Positions 10,188 to 19,526 of a stretch of 64,000 bases of DNA are shown here, in pieces. Where the stretch lies: positions 124,001 through 188,000 of IMG/VR virus record IMGVR_UViG_3300030385_002649; one strand, written 5' to 3'. The notes under the pieces were generated by a model that had not been told where the DNA came from, did no database searches, and was given only the letters and a program-made list of their open reading frames with translations. The translations under genes and the position numbers were made by a program. How positions within the stretch are numbered: position 1 is the stretch's first letter; each line of letters starts with the position of its first letter.

Positions 10188-10969
10188 TATATCCCTAACG
10201 AATCATCTAAGGCTTGTAAAAAGCCTTCATTTATACTTTTGGACCTATCGATATCTTCTTTTGCCCCTTTGCGTTTCCCCTGAGTCGGACGCTTATATCT
10301 CCTCCTAGGAGGTTGTCTGAGATTTTTCTTCTCAATTTTGGCGCGCTCTTTTCGATCTTGTTTTTTATCCGCGATCCTCTGAGCCATGCTCTTGACCATA
10401 GTCGGATCAGTGATCGAAGCGGCAGGGGGCTCAGAGGACTGCTTAGGGCCGGTTTTCTGTTTAGGAGGACGATTGCTAGTGACTCTTTTTCCACTAGGAG
10501 TCATCATCATGCGTTTTTGGCCTTTTAACCTAGACCTAACATCGCTGCCTTCTCCGTCTTTCCATTTTGCTTCACGGTTAGGAGCAGATCTGCGGTCCCT
10601 GTTTCGCATCGCATCCCAAGTATAGGCTTGATCAGGAAGTTCGCCGTATCTTGGAGCGAGCCCCGACGACGCATCCCCCGCATATTTCTGAAGCATTTTT
10701 CTTGCTTCAGCTGGTTCAATCGGATCATGCATCTTTCCGCCAGCCCCGACTAGCTTCCCATTTGGATTCTCATCAGATGGTTCTCCACGAAGCGCTCTTT
10801 GTTGTCCATATCGGCTCGAAAGAGGGCTGCTTTTCATTTTAGCAGTACCATCTTGGTTTACTTTAGGGTTTCCTTTATTGCTATAGGCTTGCTGGTCTGA
10901 CCTAGCGGCTTTATATAGCAGATTTAGTTGGCTCTTGGTCCAGGTGTTGTTGATCTCATCAAGTCTCAT
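10187..10969 (-). CDS. Basic low-complexity protein, possible head-internal protein
   Basis: Starts MRLDEI; K/R/P-rich; C-terminal SINE resembles a prohead-protease site. Confidence 0.5.
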   Translation of the reverse strand: MRLDEINNTWTKSQLNLLYKAARSDQQAYSNKGNPKVNQDGTAKMKSSPLSSRYGQQRALRGEPSDENPNGKLVGAGGKMHDPIEPAEARKMLQKYAGDASSGLAPRYGELPDQAYTWDAMRNRDRRSAPNREAKWKDGEGSDVRSRLKGQKRMMMTPSGKRVTSNRPPKQKTGPKQSSEPPAASITDPTMVKSMAQRIADKKQDRKERAKIEKKNLRQPPRRRYKRPTQGKRKGAKEDIDRSKSINEGFLQALDDSLGI

Positions 10970-11220
10970 GCTTGGCGATCCTCAACATTGGCGTCTGGAA
11001 AAGCAGCCCTCCCTTGCGCTTTAGCTCGAATGCGACCTAGAATATTAGCCTCGGCCTGCGGTGAGCGTGCCCCGTCCGGCCTCAATTGAGTTGGCAATTT
11101 GAAATTCTCTGGATCCTTGATTTCTAAGTCCTCAAACGTTCCGAGAAAAGGAGAATTGCCAATATACCTTCCGGTAGGTGGATAAGCGCATCTTTTTTGT
11201 TTTCTGGCACGAATTTTCAC
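10966..11220 (-). CDS. Hypothetical protein
   Basis: 84-aa ORF with ATGA overlap to the next gene. Confidence 0.5.
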   Translation of the reverse strand: MKIRARKQKRCAYPPTGRYIGNSPFLGTFEDLEIKDPENFKLPTQLRPDGARSPQAEANILGRIRAKAQGRAAFPDANVEDRQA

Positions 11221-11223
11221 AAT

Positions 11224-11664
11224 TTAGATTTGTGAGTCAGTTCTACCGTAATCATCCTCAATTCGAACAATATCATCCTCGCCAAAATAAAATCCAGTTT
11301 GGATCTCAATGAATACTAAGTCTTTATCGCCACGGTTTTCGATTCTATGTTTTTTGCCAGCATCAATAGACCAAAGAGATCCTGGCATTGCCTCGCCCAC
11401 TTTGTCTTGAATCGTAACGAAGCCTCTGCCGGAGATCACTTTCCAGAGTTCGTCTCGTTTGAGATGGTATTGATAACTAAGTCTTCCTCCGGGTTTGACA
11501 GTAATCCTTTTAACTTTACAATCAGGACCATCGTAAAGATTAATATAATGGCCCCAGGGACGAACGCCGCAAACACGATCTTGAGAACTAATAAACTCTT
11601 TGCCATAATCCTCTTCTTTGTGATCCGCTGAGTCTTCAATTTCTTGTCGCACTTCTCTAGTCAT
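11224..11664 (-). CDS. Mannose-6-phosphate isomerase type II cupin domain (stand-alone)
   Basis: RPWG, KVKRITVKPGGRLSYQYH, HRIEN, IEIQTG.YFGEDDIVRIEDDYGR; likely start MTREV overlapping the upstream TGA. Confidence 0.88.
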   Translation of the reverse strand: MTREVRQEIEDSADHKEEDYGKEFISSQDRVCGVRPWGHYINLYDGPDCKVKRITVKPGGRLSYQYHLKRDELWKVISGRGFVTIQDKVGEAMPGSLWSIDAGKKHRIENRGDKDLVFIEIQTGFYFGEDDIVRIEDDYGRTDSQI

Positions 11665-11837
11665 AGCACACACAGTTGGTCGCTGGTGATCAGTTCGCCA
11701 CCTGTCATACCATCGTCGAGATCGCTAAAGGCGGCCCATAGAATATAATCTTCTTCGATGATGATTTTACGCAACGCATTGAGGCGCCCTTGTAATTCGA
11801 TGCGCCTATCTTCCCTTACCTCTAAATTTTCACTCAC
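11661..11837 (-). CDS. Small hypothetical protein (~58 aa)
   Basis: GTG overlapping the UvrD stop; MSENLEVREDRRIELQGRL...; its stop overlaps the cupin ATG. Confidence 0.45.
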   Translation of the reverse strand: MSENLEVREDRRIELQGRLNALRKIIIEEDYILWAAFSDLDDGMTGGELITSDQLCVL

Positions 11838-14731
11838 GTTTCACTGACTTGGCTCCAATCAATCTCGATCAACCCCATGTCTTCAAGAAACCGAGAAGGA
11901 ACATTTCCCTTAGCGTGTCGCATGGCGCTCATCGAAAGATGTAAGAAATCCTTCGCCCTAGTAATAGCAACATAAGCCACCCGGCGTTCTTCCTCAATGC
12001 TTCCATCAGCAAGCGATCTCTTGTGAGGAAAAACTTCCTCTTCCATTCCTGGAATAAACACAACATCAAATTCTAAGCCCTTAGCGGCGTGACAAGTCAT
12101 AAGACTGACCGAATCAGTATCAACTTCTTTATCTGATGAAGACATTAGCATTACTTCTTGTAGATACTGGTCGAGCGACGGGTTAGCTCGCTTGGTCGCA
12201 TAATGGTTAAAGGCCCTAAGAAGCTCCTGAACATTATCCTCCCTATGCTCATCCTTCGCGCGATCCGTAGTGCGCAAGTGTTCTAAAAAGCCAGATTCCT
12301 CGAAAATGTGCTTCAAAGAATCGTGTGGTCTATTCTTGTCATAAGTGTTCAAAATCTCCACAAAATGAGAAATAGACGACTTCACCTTACGAGTGATGTC
12401 TTTAACACCGTCAATATCCTGACACACATCCAAGAAGCCACGATTGTGCTCTACAGCGTGCTCTAGAATCTTCACAAGAGTAACCGGACCGATCCCCCTA
12501 GACGGCGTGTTGATGATCTCTTCAAAAGAAAGAGCGTCTTCACTATTCGCAAGGAATTTCATAAAACTAATCGCAGTCTTAACCTCCTTGCGGTCATAAA
12601 ATCCAAAAGCTCCGATCAGGACGTAAGGAATCCTGCGCCTCCTGAAAGTCTCTTCAAAAACACGTGTTAATGCATTTGTTCGGCACAATACTGCCATTTC
12701 CTTAAAAGGAGTCCCATCATACTTGTGAACATTTATGAGGTTGGCAACTTCTTCAGCTTCATTTTCTGGGACTGCGTGAGATTGGAAGTCAACTTTGTTC
12801 CCAGATTCTCTGAACGCCTTCAATTTAATCTGCTTGGAGTCCCTGTTTTTAGCGATTAGGCTTTGCGCCGCCTGCAGGATCTCTGGTGTACACCTATAGC
12901 TAATCCCTAATTCAGTTACTTGCGCGCCTTCGAAATGGTTCTCAAACCCCATGATGTTTTCTATACAAGCGCCACGCCAACCATAAATTGAGTTGTGGAC
13001 CAAAACACCATCAGCAAAATAATTGTGCGTCCTAAAAACATTTAAATCATAAACAATCTGCGAGCGTTGCACAAATTCAATTTTATTAACTTTTTTACGA
13101 TCAATTTTATTGTTTGCTTCACAATAAACTATTGAACCTGGAAGCAAGTTTGCAACAGGTTGACATCTAAGAGGTTTATCGTCATCCGCTTTAATACTCA
13201 GCCAAATTGATAATCTATCACCAAATGTTTCAGATGCTTTGCTCACAAAACTGTCGATAAATTCAGCGGATTTTGTTGAGTTTTCTATCCTCCAGTTTTT
13301 ATGTTTGGATTTTCTTGGGGTCCCAAATTCTTCTAAAATTTCTTTATTATTTGTGCACATAGAGTACCTGTGCATTCCACGATCAGCGCACAGTGAAATA
13401 TTTAATATTATTCTTTCCTTTCTTGCTTGATTCATTCTAGGCATGTGGTGCGGTATCGAAAAATCTAAATGTTTGTCATCTAATAACCGTTTGCCACCAT
13501 GAACAGTATTGATGTTATCAAATAACCATTTTATTTGTTTCTCGGTTATTACCATTTTCCGACCAGAATTATGATAAACAATTGTAGGCAGCCCGTACTT
13601 AATCGAATAAAATTGCTCCTTAATAAAAGCTTCAGATTTTGTAGAAGTAGAGTCTATTACCCATATAGCATCAGCTCCCTCTTGTGACGCCCTTCCAGAT
13701 AACCATCCTTGTCTAGAGGTTTTGCACATTCCAATTCTAAAGCCTAATTCTCTTTTGTACATCAAATAAATTGTATAATCATCGTTTAATTTAACGTCCA
13801 TTGGGATCAAGTGATTTGGAGTACACTCTATGATAGAGCCATCATCAAAATAAATTTTAGCAATCGATTTGCTGACTTTAGTAATAACTTTAGTCACTTC
13901 GGAAGGGCCAATAATTCCAGGCTTTATCAAAGTGCTGATCTTATCCCCCTTTTTAAAATCTTCAATGCATTTTGTACCAGTAGGAGTTTTAATTTTAGTC
14001 CCTGCTGGAAAGCACTGCGCGACATCTCCGACACACATGATGTTGTTATGGACGCTAGCTAGATATTTTACCATTTCCAGCTGGGCTTTATTAGTATCCT
14101 GCATCTCGTCTACAAGAATGTATCGATATTTCCTAGCATAGGCTTCACAAATCTTTGGGTTATTCTGAAAGAGCTTGACAACATTATAAATTAGATCGCT
14201 GAAGTCCATTGAGTTAGACGCTTTAAGCATCTTGCCGTATTCTCTAAATATGGCGACTAGTTCTGGATCTAGGTGCAACTCGAATTTCTCGTCTGAGGTT
14301 AGCTGGTTTTTCTTATCTTCAAGGTGCTTGACGATAATCTTAGGATCATATTGTGGCGATTTAGGGTCGAAGCCTTGGCTTTTCACCACTTTCCGTAGAA
14401 GAGACAATTGGCCTGATTGGTCTACGATAGTGAAGTTGCTCTTATATCCTAATAATTTACCGCATTTTCGTAGGATTCTAACGCCTAAGGCGTGGAACGT
14501 GCAGAGTAGAACCCCGTCGTGACCATGCTGTTTGAGGCGCTCTCCCATCTCTTTCGCGGCTTTGTTGGTGAAGGTGACTCCCAGGATCGCGCTGGATTTT
14601 TCGCCATTTTCGATAAGCCTCGCGATGCGTTCTGTGACGCACCTAGTTTTTCCACTACCTGGGCAGGCTAATACTAGAAGAGGTCCGTCGTCATGGTTGA
14701 CAACTCTTATTTGTTGTTCGTTCAAGCTCAT
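11834..14731 (-). CDS. uvrD: UvrD/PcrA superfamily 1 DNA helicase with one intein
   Basis: LACPGSGKT, TFTNKAAKEM, VDEMQDTN, VGD..Q|SIYGWRGA, LMTCHAAKGLEF, EEERRVAYVAITRA. Confidence 0.95.
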   Translation of the reverse strand: MSLNEQQIRVVNHDDGPLLVLACPGSGKTRCVTERIARLIENGEKSSAILGVTFTNKAAKEMGERLKQHGHDGVLLCTFHALGVRILRKCGKLLGYKSNFTIVDQSGQLSLLRKVVKSQGFDPKSPQYDPKIIVKHLEDKKNQLTSDEKFELHLDPELVAIFREYGKMLKASNSMDFSDLIYNVVKLFQNNPKICEAYARKYRYILVDEMQDTNKAQLEMVKYLASVHNNIMCVGDVAQCFPAGTKIKTPTGTKCIEDFKKGDKISTLIKPGIIGPSEVTKVITKVSKSIAKIYFDDGSIIECTPNHLIPMDVKLNDDYTIYLMYKRELGFRIGMCKTSRQGWLSGRASQEGADAIWVIDSTSTKSEAFIKEQFYSIKYGLPTIVYHNSGRKMVITEKQIKWLFDNINTVHGGKRLLDDKHLDFSIPHHMPRMNQARKERIILNISLCADRGMHRYSMCTNNKEILEEFGTPRKSKHKNWRIENSTKSAEFIDSFVSKASETFGDRLSIWLSIKADDDKPLRCQPVANLLPGSIVYCEANNKIDRKKVNKIEFVQRSQIVYDLNVFRTHNYFADGVLVHNSIYGWRGACIENIMGFENHFEGAQVTELGISYRCTPEILQAAQSLIAKNRDSKQIKLKAFRESGNKVDFQSHAVPENEAEEVANLINVHKYDGTPFKEMAVLCRTNALTRVFEETFRRRRIPYVLIGAFGFYDRKEVKTAISFMKFLANSEDALSFEEIINTPSRGIGPVTLVKILEHAVEHNRGFLDVCQDIDGVKDITRKVKSSISHFVEILNTYDKNRPHDSLKHIFEESGFLEHLRTTDRAKDEHREDNVQELLRAFNHYATKRANPSLDQYLQEVMLMSSSDKEVDTDSVSLMTCHAAKGLEFDVVFIPGMEEEVFPHKRSLADGSIEEERRVAYVAITRAKDFLHLSMSAMRHAKGNVPSRFLEDMGLIEIDWSQVSET
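12992..14014 (-). mobile_element. Intein (341 aa) in UvrD motif III
   Basis: Starts CFPAGTKI, block B IECTPNH, ends VYDLNV..THNYFADGVLVHN|S; removal restores VGDVAQSIYGWRGA; AT-rich. Confidence 0.93.
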
Positions 14732-14750
14732 GCACTTGAGATACTGAGTG

Positions 14751-15020
14751 TTAGCAGATTTTCCTATTAATGGTTGAGAAGTGGAACTTTACTTGGTCCC
14801 TAGTAAGTCTTCTAACTTCTTGGAAATGTAATGTTCGAAGGGGCTTAACCTCAATATAAGTGTCTGTCACTTTAGTAATTTGCCATTCTGAGAAAATCTT
14901 CTGAGCGCTGCAGAATTTCCGGACATATTGAAGCCTCCTTCCTACCTCAAACCCTAAGTCGGCTTCAGATAGGCTAATTATTGAAAGGGGTAGGTCAAAT
15001 CCGGATGTTGCAGCGCTCAT
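14751..15020 (-). CDS. Hypothetical protein
   Basis: 89-aa ORF filling the gap upstream of uvrD. Confidence 0.5.
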   Translation of the reverse strand: MSAATSGFDLPLSIISLSEADLGFEVGRRLQYVRKFCSAQKIFSEWQITKVTDTYIEVKPLRTLHFQEVRRLTRDQVKFHFSTINRKIC

Positions 15021-15074
15021 AATCTTATATTTACCTTCCTAGCAAAGATAGTACAGAAATTAGGAGAAGCTAAA

Positions 15075-15578
15075 ATGTCTTTGAGCGACTTCACGGTTAG
15101 AATAAGCGGCACTGTAGCTTACAGCGATAGATCACATGGTTCCTTTGAGGCATCTGCTATCTGGAAAGGCAACCTTGGTGGTGTAGTCGCTCAACACAGC
15201 AACCCGGACTCACTAGAACACTTTAGAAGATTGGCAGAGAGCAAGAGCGTCGAATTAGCTGACACGCTCGCAGTTCTCGCACCAGCCGGATCGCCACAAG
15301 GAATCGTAACTTTTGCGACCTTACCAGCTCCTGTAACTTCTAAAACAGTAACTAGTTTTGTAATGGAAGTCTCTGGTCTCATCACTGATGACGATAACTC
15401 TAAAGATGGTTTCAGCGCCCAATGGGTGAATGGAGCAGTCAACCTGTTTCCTGACGACACCGAAGTTGTGTGGCAGACTCTTACAGATCCAGCGTCCAAC
15501 CCACTAGGCGACCAAAGAAGTTTCCTAGTCATGGTTTTCGATGCGGTAGCCGGATCTGGCGAGACCACTTTATCTTAA
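15075..15578 (+). CDS. Hypothetical protein, likely virion component
   Basis: AGGAG RBS, CAAAGATA motif upstream, S/T/A/G-rich. Confidence 0.6.
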   Translation: MSLSDFTVRISGTVAYSDRSHGSFEASAIWKGNLGGVVAQHSNPDSLEHFRRLAESKSVELADTLAVLAPAGSPQGIVTFATLPAPVTSKTVTSFVMEVSGLITDDDNSKDGFSAQWVNGAVNLFPDDTEVVWQTLTDPASNPLGDQRSFLVMVFDAVAGSGETTLS

Positions 15579-16015
15579 TGAAATTATCAGCTCTTTATGA
15601 AGATTCTAGAGCCGATACTAAGGTTGCCAGAAAGAGTTACGCCGTAGACTGGGGAGACCCAGCTGCTTCTAGCGACAGCCGTGTAAGCCCTTGGGCTAAA
15701 CAAGCTGACCAAGAAGACTTTCAAAGAACAGGAACCTCAAAAGAAGAAAAACCTTCTAACCACAGTCAGATGTCTAAAAGACTTACTCCTTTCCCGTATG
15801 ATCCAAATGGTAGACATATCACAAGCCTTCAGACTCAATTGTACTACATAATCAAATCTGAAGATTCTAATTTTGTAAATGCTTTCAAAAAAGCCCAATC
15901 TTATTCTAAACAAATAAGAGCTCAAAGCACTCAAGCTGATTATGTCAACGCCTTAAAAGTTCTCCTTAAAAAAGGCGTCATTCAAAAAATCGGCAAGCTC
16001 TACAGAGCGGTCTAA
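15578..16015 (+). CDS. Hypothetical protein (MKLSALYE start; possible head-internal protein)
   Basis: Real start probably the ATG at 15578 overlapping the upstream TAA rather than 15470. Confidence 0.55.
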   Translation: MKLSALYEDSRADTKVARKSYAVDWGDPAASSDSRVSPWAKQADQEDFQRTGTSKEEKPSNHSQMSKRLTPFPYDPNGRHITSLQTQLYYIIKSEDSNFVNAFKKAQSYSKQIRAQSTQADYVNALKVLLKKGVIQKIGKLYRAV

Positions 16016-16581
16016 AGAACCCTAATAATCCAAGCCATCTCAACAAATGGCGGCTGGCTAGAACCCGCTACGATATTAAGCGTGTGATTATGGTCGCCGT
16101 CAGAACTTATAGCATGAACGTGGCTGCCGACTGTGTGGTCGTGGCTTAAAGCGACCGTGTCAGACCCACCAGTAATGGACGACAAGTCAAGGGCGCCCTG
16201 GTTAGAACTTTCTGTGCTAGACGTTGTAGCTCCACCAGAAGCGACAGCGCCAGTATGAGCATGACTTCCGTCCGTGCTCGTATTACCCGTATGAGTGTGG
16301 GTACTAGCGCCTCCTGAAACCAAAGCTGTTGCTCCGCCATAGGCCGTTCCAGTATCAGCTCCTTTAATGAAACTTGCGGTTGTTCCCGTATTTTCAACTG
16401 TTTTCATCAGCGCTGGTTTGTTCAGCCCTAAAATTAGTGATCCTAACGTTGATACCGCACCGCCATCTGCGTATTCCCACCCTGCTGGAAGGTCTGGTTG
16501 TGGCGCTCCTAAAGTAGGAGACATCCATGGGATACATGCCCCAACTGGAATTTCGCCTACGGGCGTTACTGATCTGGTCAT
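16012..16581 (-). CDS. Tail collar / short fibre needle protein with HxH metal-binding repeats
   Basis: IPVGACIPW...LPAGWEYADG collar; HTH, HAH, HDH, HVH, HNH motifs; C-terminal PPFVEMAWIIRV. Confidence 0.8.
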   Translation of the reverse strand: MTRSVTPVGEIPVGACIPWMSPTLGAPQPDLPAGWEYADGGAVSTLGSLILGLNKPALMKTVENTGTTASFIKGADTGTAYGGATALVSGGASTHTHTGNTSTDGSHAHTGAVASGGATTSSTESSNQGALDLSSITGGSDTVALSHDHTVGSHVHAISSDGDHNHTLNIVAGSSQPPFVEMAWIIRVL

Positions 16582-16982
16582 TTAAATCTCACGTCTCTAA
16601 CGTTATAGTCAGTGGTGATGAATATGCCTTCTTTGTTAACAAAGACAAATTGTTCAAAATTTCGAAAAACTTGCGGGACGCCAAGAGAAGCCCATTCGCT
16701 TTTTGGGACTATACTGCTAGCCTCGTGGGTGATGTTTTCTTGCAATCTGATTCTAACTGTTTTGAAAGAGCCGTCTGGGACTCTGGTTCTGCCAGTTTTC
16801 AAATGTATCAAGATTATTTGATAATCAGGCAGAATGTATTTGCCATCTTTGCATGTGAACACTATTTGAGAGTCTTCGAATAGGTCTGGAAGACCTAAGT
16901 GGCCTTGTTCTTCAAGTGGAAGAATCGAGACATTCTCATAAGACAAGTTGCCGTGTAACACTAATCTAACTGCTTTAATCAT
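16578..16982 (-). CDS. Hypothetical protein with tandemly duplicated ~60-aa domain
   Basis: KAVRLVLHGNL...DYQI..IHLK aligns with KTVRIRLQENI...DYNV..VRFK. Confidence 0.6.
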   Translation of the reverse strand: MIKAVRLVLHGNLSYENVSILPLEEQGHLGLPDLFEDSQIVFTCKDGKYILPDYQIILIHLKTGRTRVPDGSFKTVRIRLQENITHEASSIVPKSEWASLGVPQVFRNFEQFVFVNKEGIFITTDYNVRDVRFK

Positions 16983-17167
16983 AAGTCGATACCTGGGTGT
17001 TGTTTCCGAATCATTGATTTCACAGTGTTTTGAAAGATGTTTCTCTTATTTTCTAACCTGAGATTCAATTTTTCCTTGGCTTTTTCTGGATCTAAACGAT
17101 GCCATTCGTCAAATTCTTGGCACAATTGTCTAGTGCGTAGGATCTTTTTAAACCGGTAAGATGACAT
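16979..17167 (-). CDS. Hypothetical protein
   Basis: 62-aa ORF coupled (ATGA) to the next gene. Confidence 0.5.
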   Translation of the reverse strand: MSSYRFKKILRTRQLCQEFDEWHRLDPEKAKEKLNLRLENKRNIFQNTVKSMIRKQHPGIDL

Positions 17168-17170
17168 GCT

Positions 17171-17464
17171 CTATGTTTGAGAGTCTTCTTTTTTAATTGG
17201 TCCGCGAATATATCTAACGTAACGTTCGATGAGTTTACCAGATCCTGAGTCGAACAAACAAACTTTCAAAGATGCTTCTTCTTTTCTCCAGGTGAAATAA
17301 TCAGCAAAGAAAACGATCTCTAGGGACTTATATCCAACATTGATAATATCATCCCTGTTCTTTAAGAAGATAGAGCCAGATCCATCTGTGTAATTAGGAT
17401 CGAACTCCCATTCTAGTCCATGATCATCTAAGATTGCGCAGATAAGAGCTAATGCGTCAATCAC
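17171..17464 (-). CDS. Hypothetical protein
   Basis: 97-aa ORF, GAGG RBS. Confidence 0.5.
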   Translation of the reverse strand: MIDALALICAILDDHGLEWEFDPNYTDGSGSIFLKNRDDIINVGYKSLEIVFFADYFTWRKEEASLKVCLFDSGSGKLIERYVRYIRGPIKKEDSQT

Positions 17465-17528
17465 GTCGCCTCTTCTATTCTTACGTTTAAGCTCCGACTA
17501 TTAGACTACTGTCGATTGTATCTGAAGA

Positions 17529-19190
17529 GTGTCTGACAAACGTACCATTGTCCCGGAGATAGGATCATTAATGAAACCAAGACCGTTACAAGATCAAGTA
17601 TGGAAACATGGCTCAGTCCACTACAAGATCGTGAAAATTCTCGCAAGCGGCTCAATTGAAGCCCATGTAAGAAACGGAAACAGAGGGCGATGGGCTTCAA
17701 AACTAACAACCCTCACTTCAGGAGAAATGAACTACCTAGAATTCGTCAAAGGGCCCGGATTCATCAAAAAGAAAAAAGGAGACAAAAACGACACCCCAGA
17801 GATCCCAAAGACAAGCTTTAAATTAGCGATCAAGAAATCCAAAAGATACGTCGTAACTTACGCCCAAAACGCAACACCAGTAAACCCGGATTTCCTAAAA
17901 TCATTGCTGACTTACTGCAAAGAAAACTCAGCCGAGCTTGTCATCATTCCAGGACGTTATCGCAACGCCACTAGTATTTGGTCAAGAAACAACAAACACG
18001 ACGAATGGTGGGACGAGTCCACTCACCCCTACCTTATTTCTAAAAGGATTTGCTTAGCGCCGGGCTTAACAGTTTATGGCGACATTTCTATCCAACCAAC
18101 CGCCACGAGGCCGTTGACCGGAATGGAAGTCTTCACTGGAAAAAGCAGCGCCATCTTCGGACACCCAAAGATGCAATTGCTCACGGTCGCTACCAATTCT
18201 AGAAGACCAAAAATGATGACAACCACAGGTTGCGTCACAGTTCAGAATTATACCAATTCTAAGGCAGGCAAAAAAGGAGAAGCTCACCACATTTTCGGAG
18301 CCATTGTGGTCGAAACCAACAGAAGTGGCGGTTTTCACATCAGACAGATCAACGCCAAGAGTGAAGACGGAAGCTTTATCGACCTGGAATGGGAATACGC
18401 AGGTGAGTCTAAAAAGGCTGCTCCGCCAGCTGAAGCGCTCGTTTTGGGTGACGTACACGCTGAGAGCGTAGAAGAGATCGCTCTAGCGGCTTCCTTCGAA
18501 ATGATTAAAGCCCTGAAATGCAAAAGAGCGATCTACCATGACGTTTTAGACTTCAATGTTAGAAATCACCACTCAATCGACGATTTCTGCAACCGTTACT
18601 ACAGAGCAACGTCTACAGGGAACGACTCGGTAGAGGCCGAGCTAGTCTCCACTATCGACATTTTGGAGTCCACGCCTAAATGCGCTCAACCAATTGTCAT
18701 TCAGTCTAATCACGACGAGGCTTTCGACAGATGGATGGACACTATCAACCCTAAAAACGATCCGGTAAATGCGCTCCTTTTCCACAAGATGTGGGTTGCT
18801 AAGTTAGAAGAGTTCGAACAGACAGGGTCGTGGCGAACTGCGTTCAATCTTTACTATGACCTCAATGGGCATTCTAGAGCCAAGTTCATCAACCGAAAAG
18901 ATGATTATACAATCTTAGACATCGTATGCGGATACCATGGCGACAAGGGGACTAACGGATCTAGAGGTTCATCAGCTTCTTACGCTAAGTTAGGTGTTAA
19001 GACCGTTGTGGGTCACAGGCATACTCCGTCCATCATGGATGGTTGTTATACAGTTGGAGTTATTGGTAAGCTAGACCAAGGTTATAATGACTTACCGTCT
19101 AGTTGGGCCCATGCTAACTGTGCGATTTATGCCAACGGCAAGAGAAGCCTTATCTTCATCCACCCAAATTCTGGCGAGTGGAGGTCTTAA
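17529..19190 (+). CDS. T5 A1-like metallophosphoesterase-fold nuclease
   Basis: YVVTYAQNATP, NY..SKAGKKGEAHHIFGAIVVE, LGDVHAE, HDVLDF..RNHH, SNHD, HGDKGTNGSRG, GHRHT, SSW...YANGKRSLI match the recalled T5 A1 motifs; similar length. Confidence 0.82.
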   Translation: MSDKRTIVPEIGSLMKPRPLQDQVWKHGSVHYKIVKILASGSIEAHVRNGNRGRWASKLTTLTSGEMNYLEFVKGPGFIKKKKGDKNDTPEIPKTSFKLAIKKSKRYVVTYAQNATPVNPDFLKSLLTYCKENSAELVIIPGRYRNATSIWSRNNKHDEWWDESTHPYLISKRICLAPGLTVYGDISIQPTATRPLTGMEVFTGKSSAIFGHPKMQLLTVATNSRRPKMMTTTGCVTVQNYTNSKAGKKGEAHHIFGAIVVETNRSGGFHIRQINAKSEDGSFIDLEWEYAGESKKAAPPAEALVLGDVHAESVEEIALAASFEMIKALKCKRAIYHDVLDFNVRNHHSIDDFCNRYYRATSTGNDSVEAELVSTIDILESTPKCAQPIVIQSNHDEAFDRWMDTINPKNDPVNALLFHKMWVAKLEEFEQTGSWRTAFNLYYDLNGHSRAKFINRKDDYTILDIVCGYHGDKGTNGSRGSSASYAKLGVKTVVGHRHTPSIMDGCYTVGVIGKLDQGYNDLPSSWAHANCAIYANGKRSLIFIHPNSGEWRS

Positions 19191-19514
19191 TTGGGAGATT
19201 CGAAAGTTGTATTTTGGATAGCAGAGCATGTAAAAGACTGCGGGTTCCATATACGGACTTATCACAACAAGATTAGTATCCTAGACTCTAACAATATCGC
19301 TATTTATCAGGTCAAGATCGAGAAGAAAGATGGCGATATTTTTGTACATGCATTATCAGTAAGTAAACCTAAACCGAAAAGAAACTACGGATTGGGTTCT
19401 CCGTTTATTCATCATTCTCAGAATAAGAAATTGTTCACAGTTGCATTGCATGATGATACAAGCATAAATAGAATTGACGAGTGGCTTAAAGAAATACAAT
19501 CAAAACTAAGATAG
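19191..19514 (+). CDS. Hypothetical protein
   Basis: 107-aa ORF abutting the A1-like gene. Confidence 0.45.
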   Translation: MGDSKVVFWIAEHVKDCGFHIRTYHNKISILDSNNIAIYQVKIEKKDGDIFVHALSVSKPKPKRNYGLGSPFIHHSQNKKLFTVALHDDTSINRIDEWLKEIQSKLR

Positions 19515-19526
19515 CCTGAGGGGCCC

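Noticed and set aside
15470-15577. N-terminal extension of ORF 15470-16015
   Set aside because: Overlaps the upstream gene; the coupled ATG at 15578 is the more plausible start
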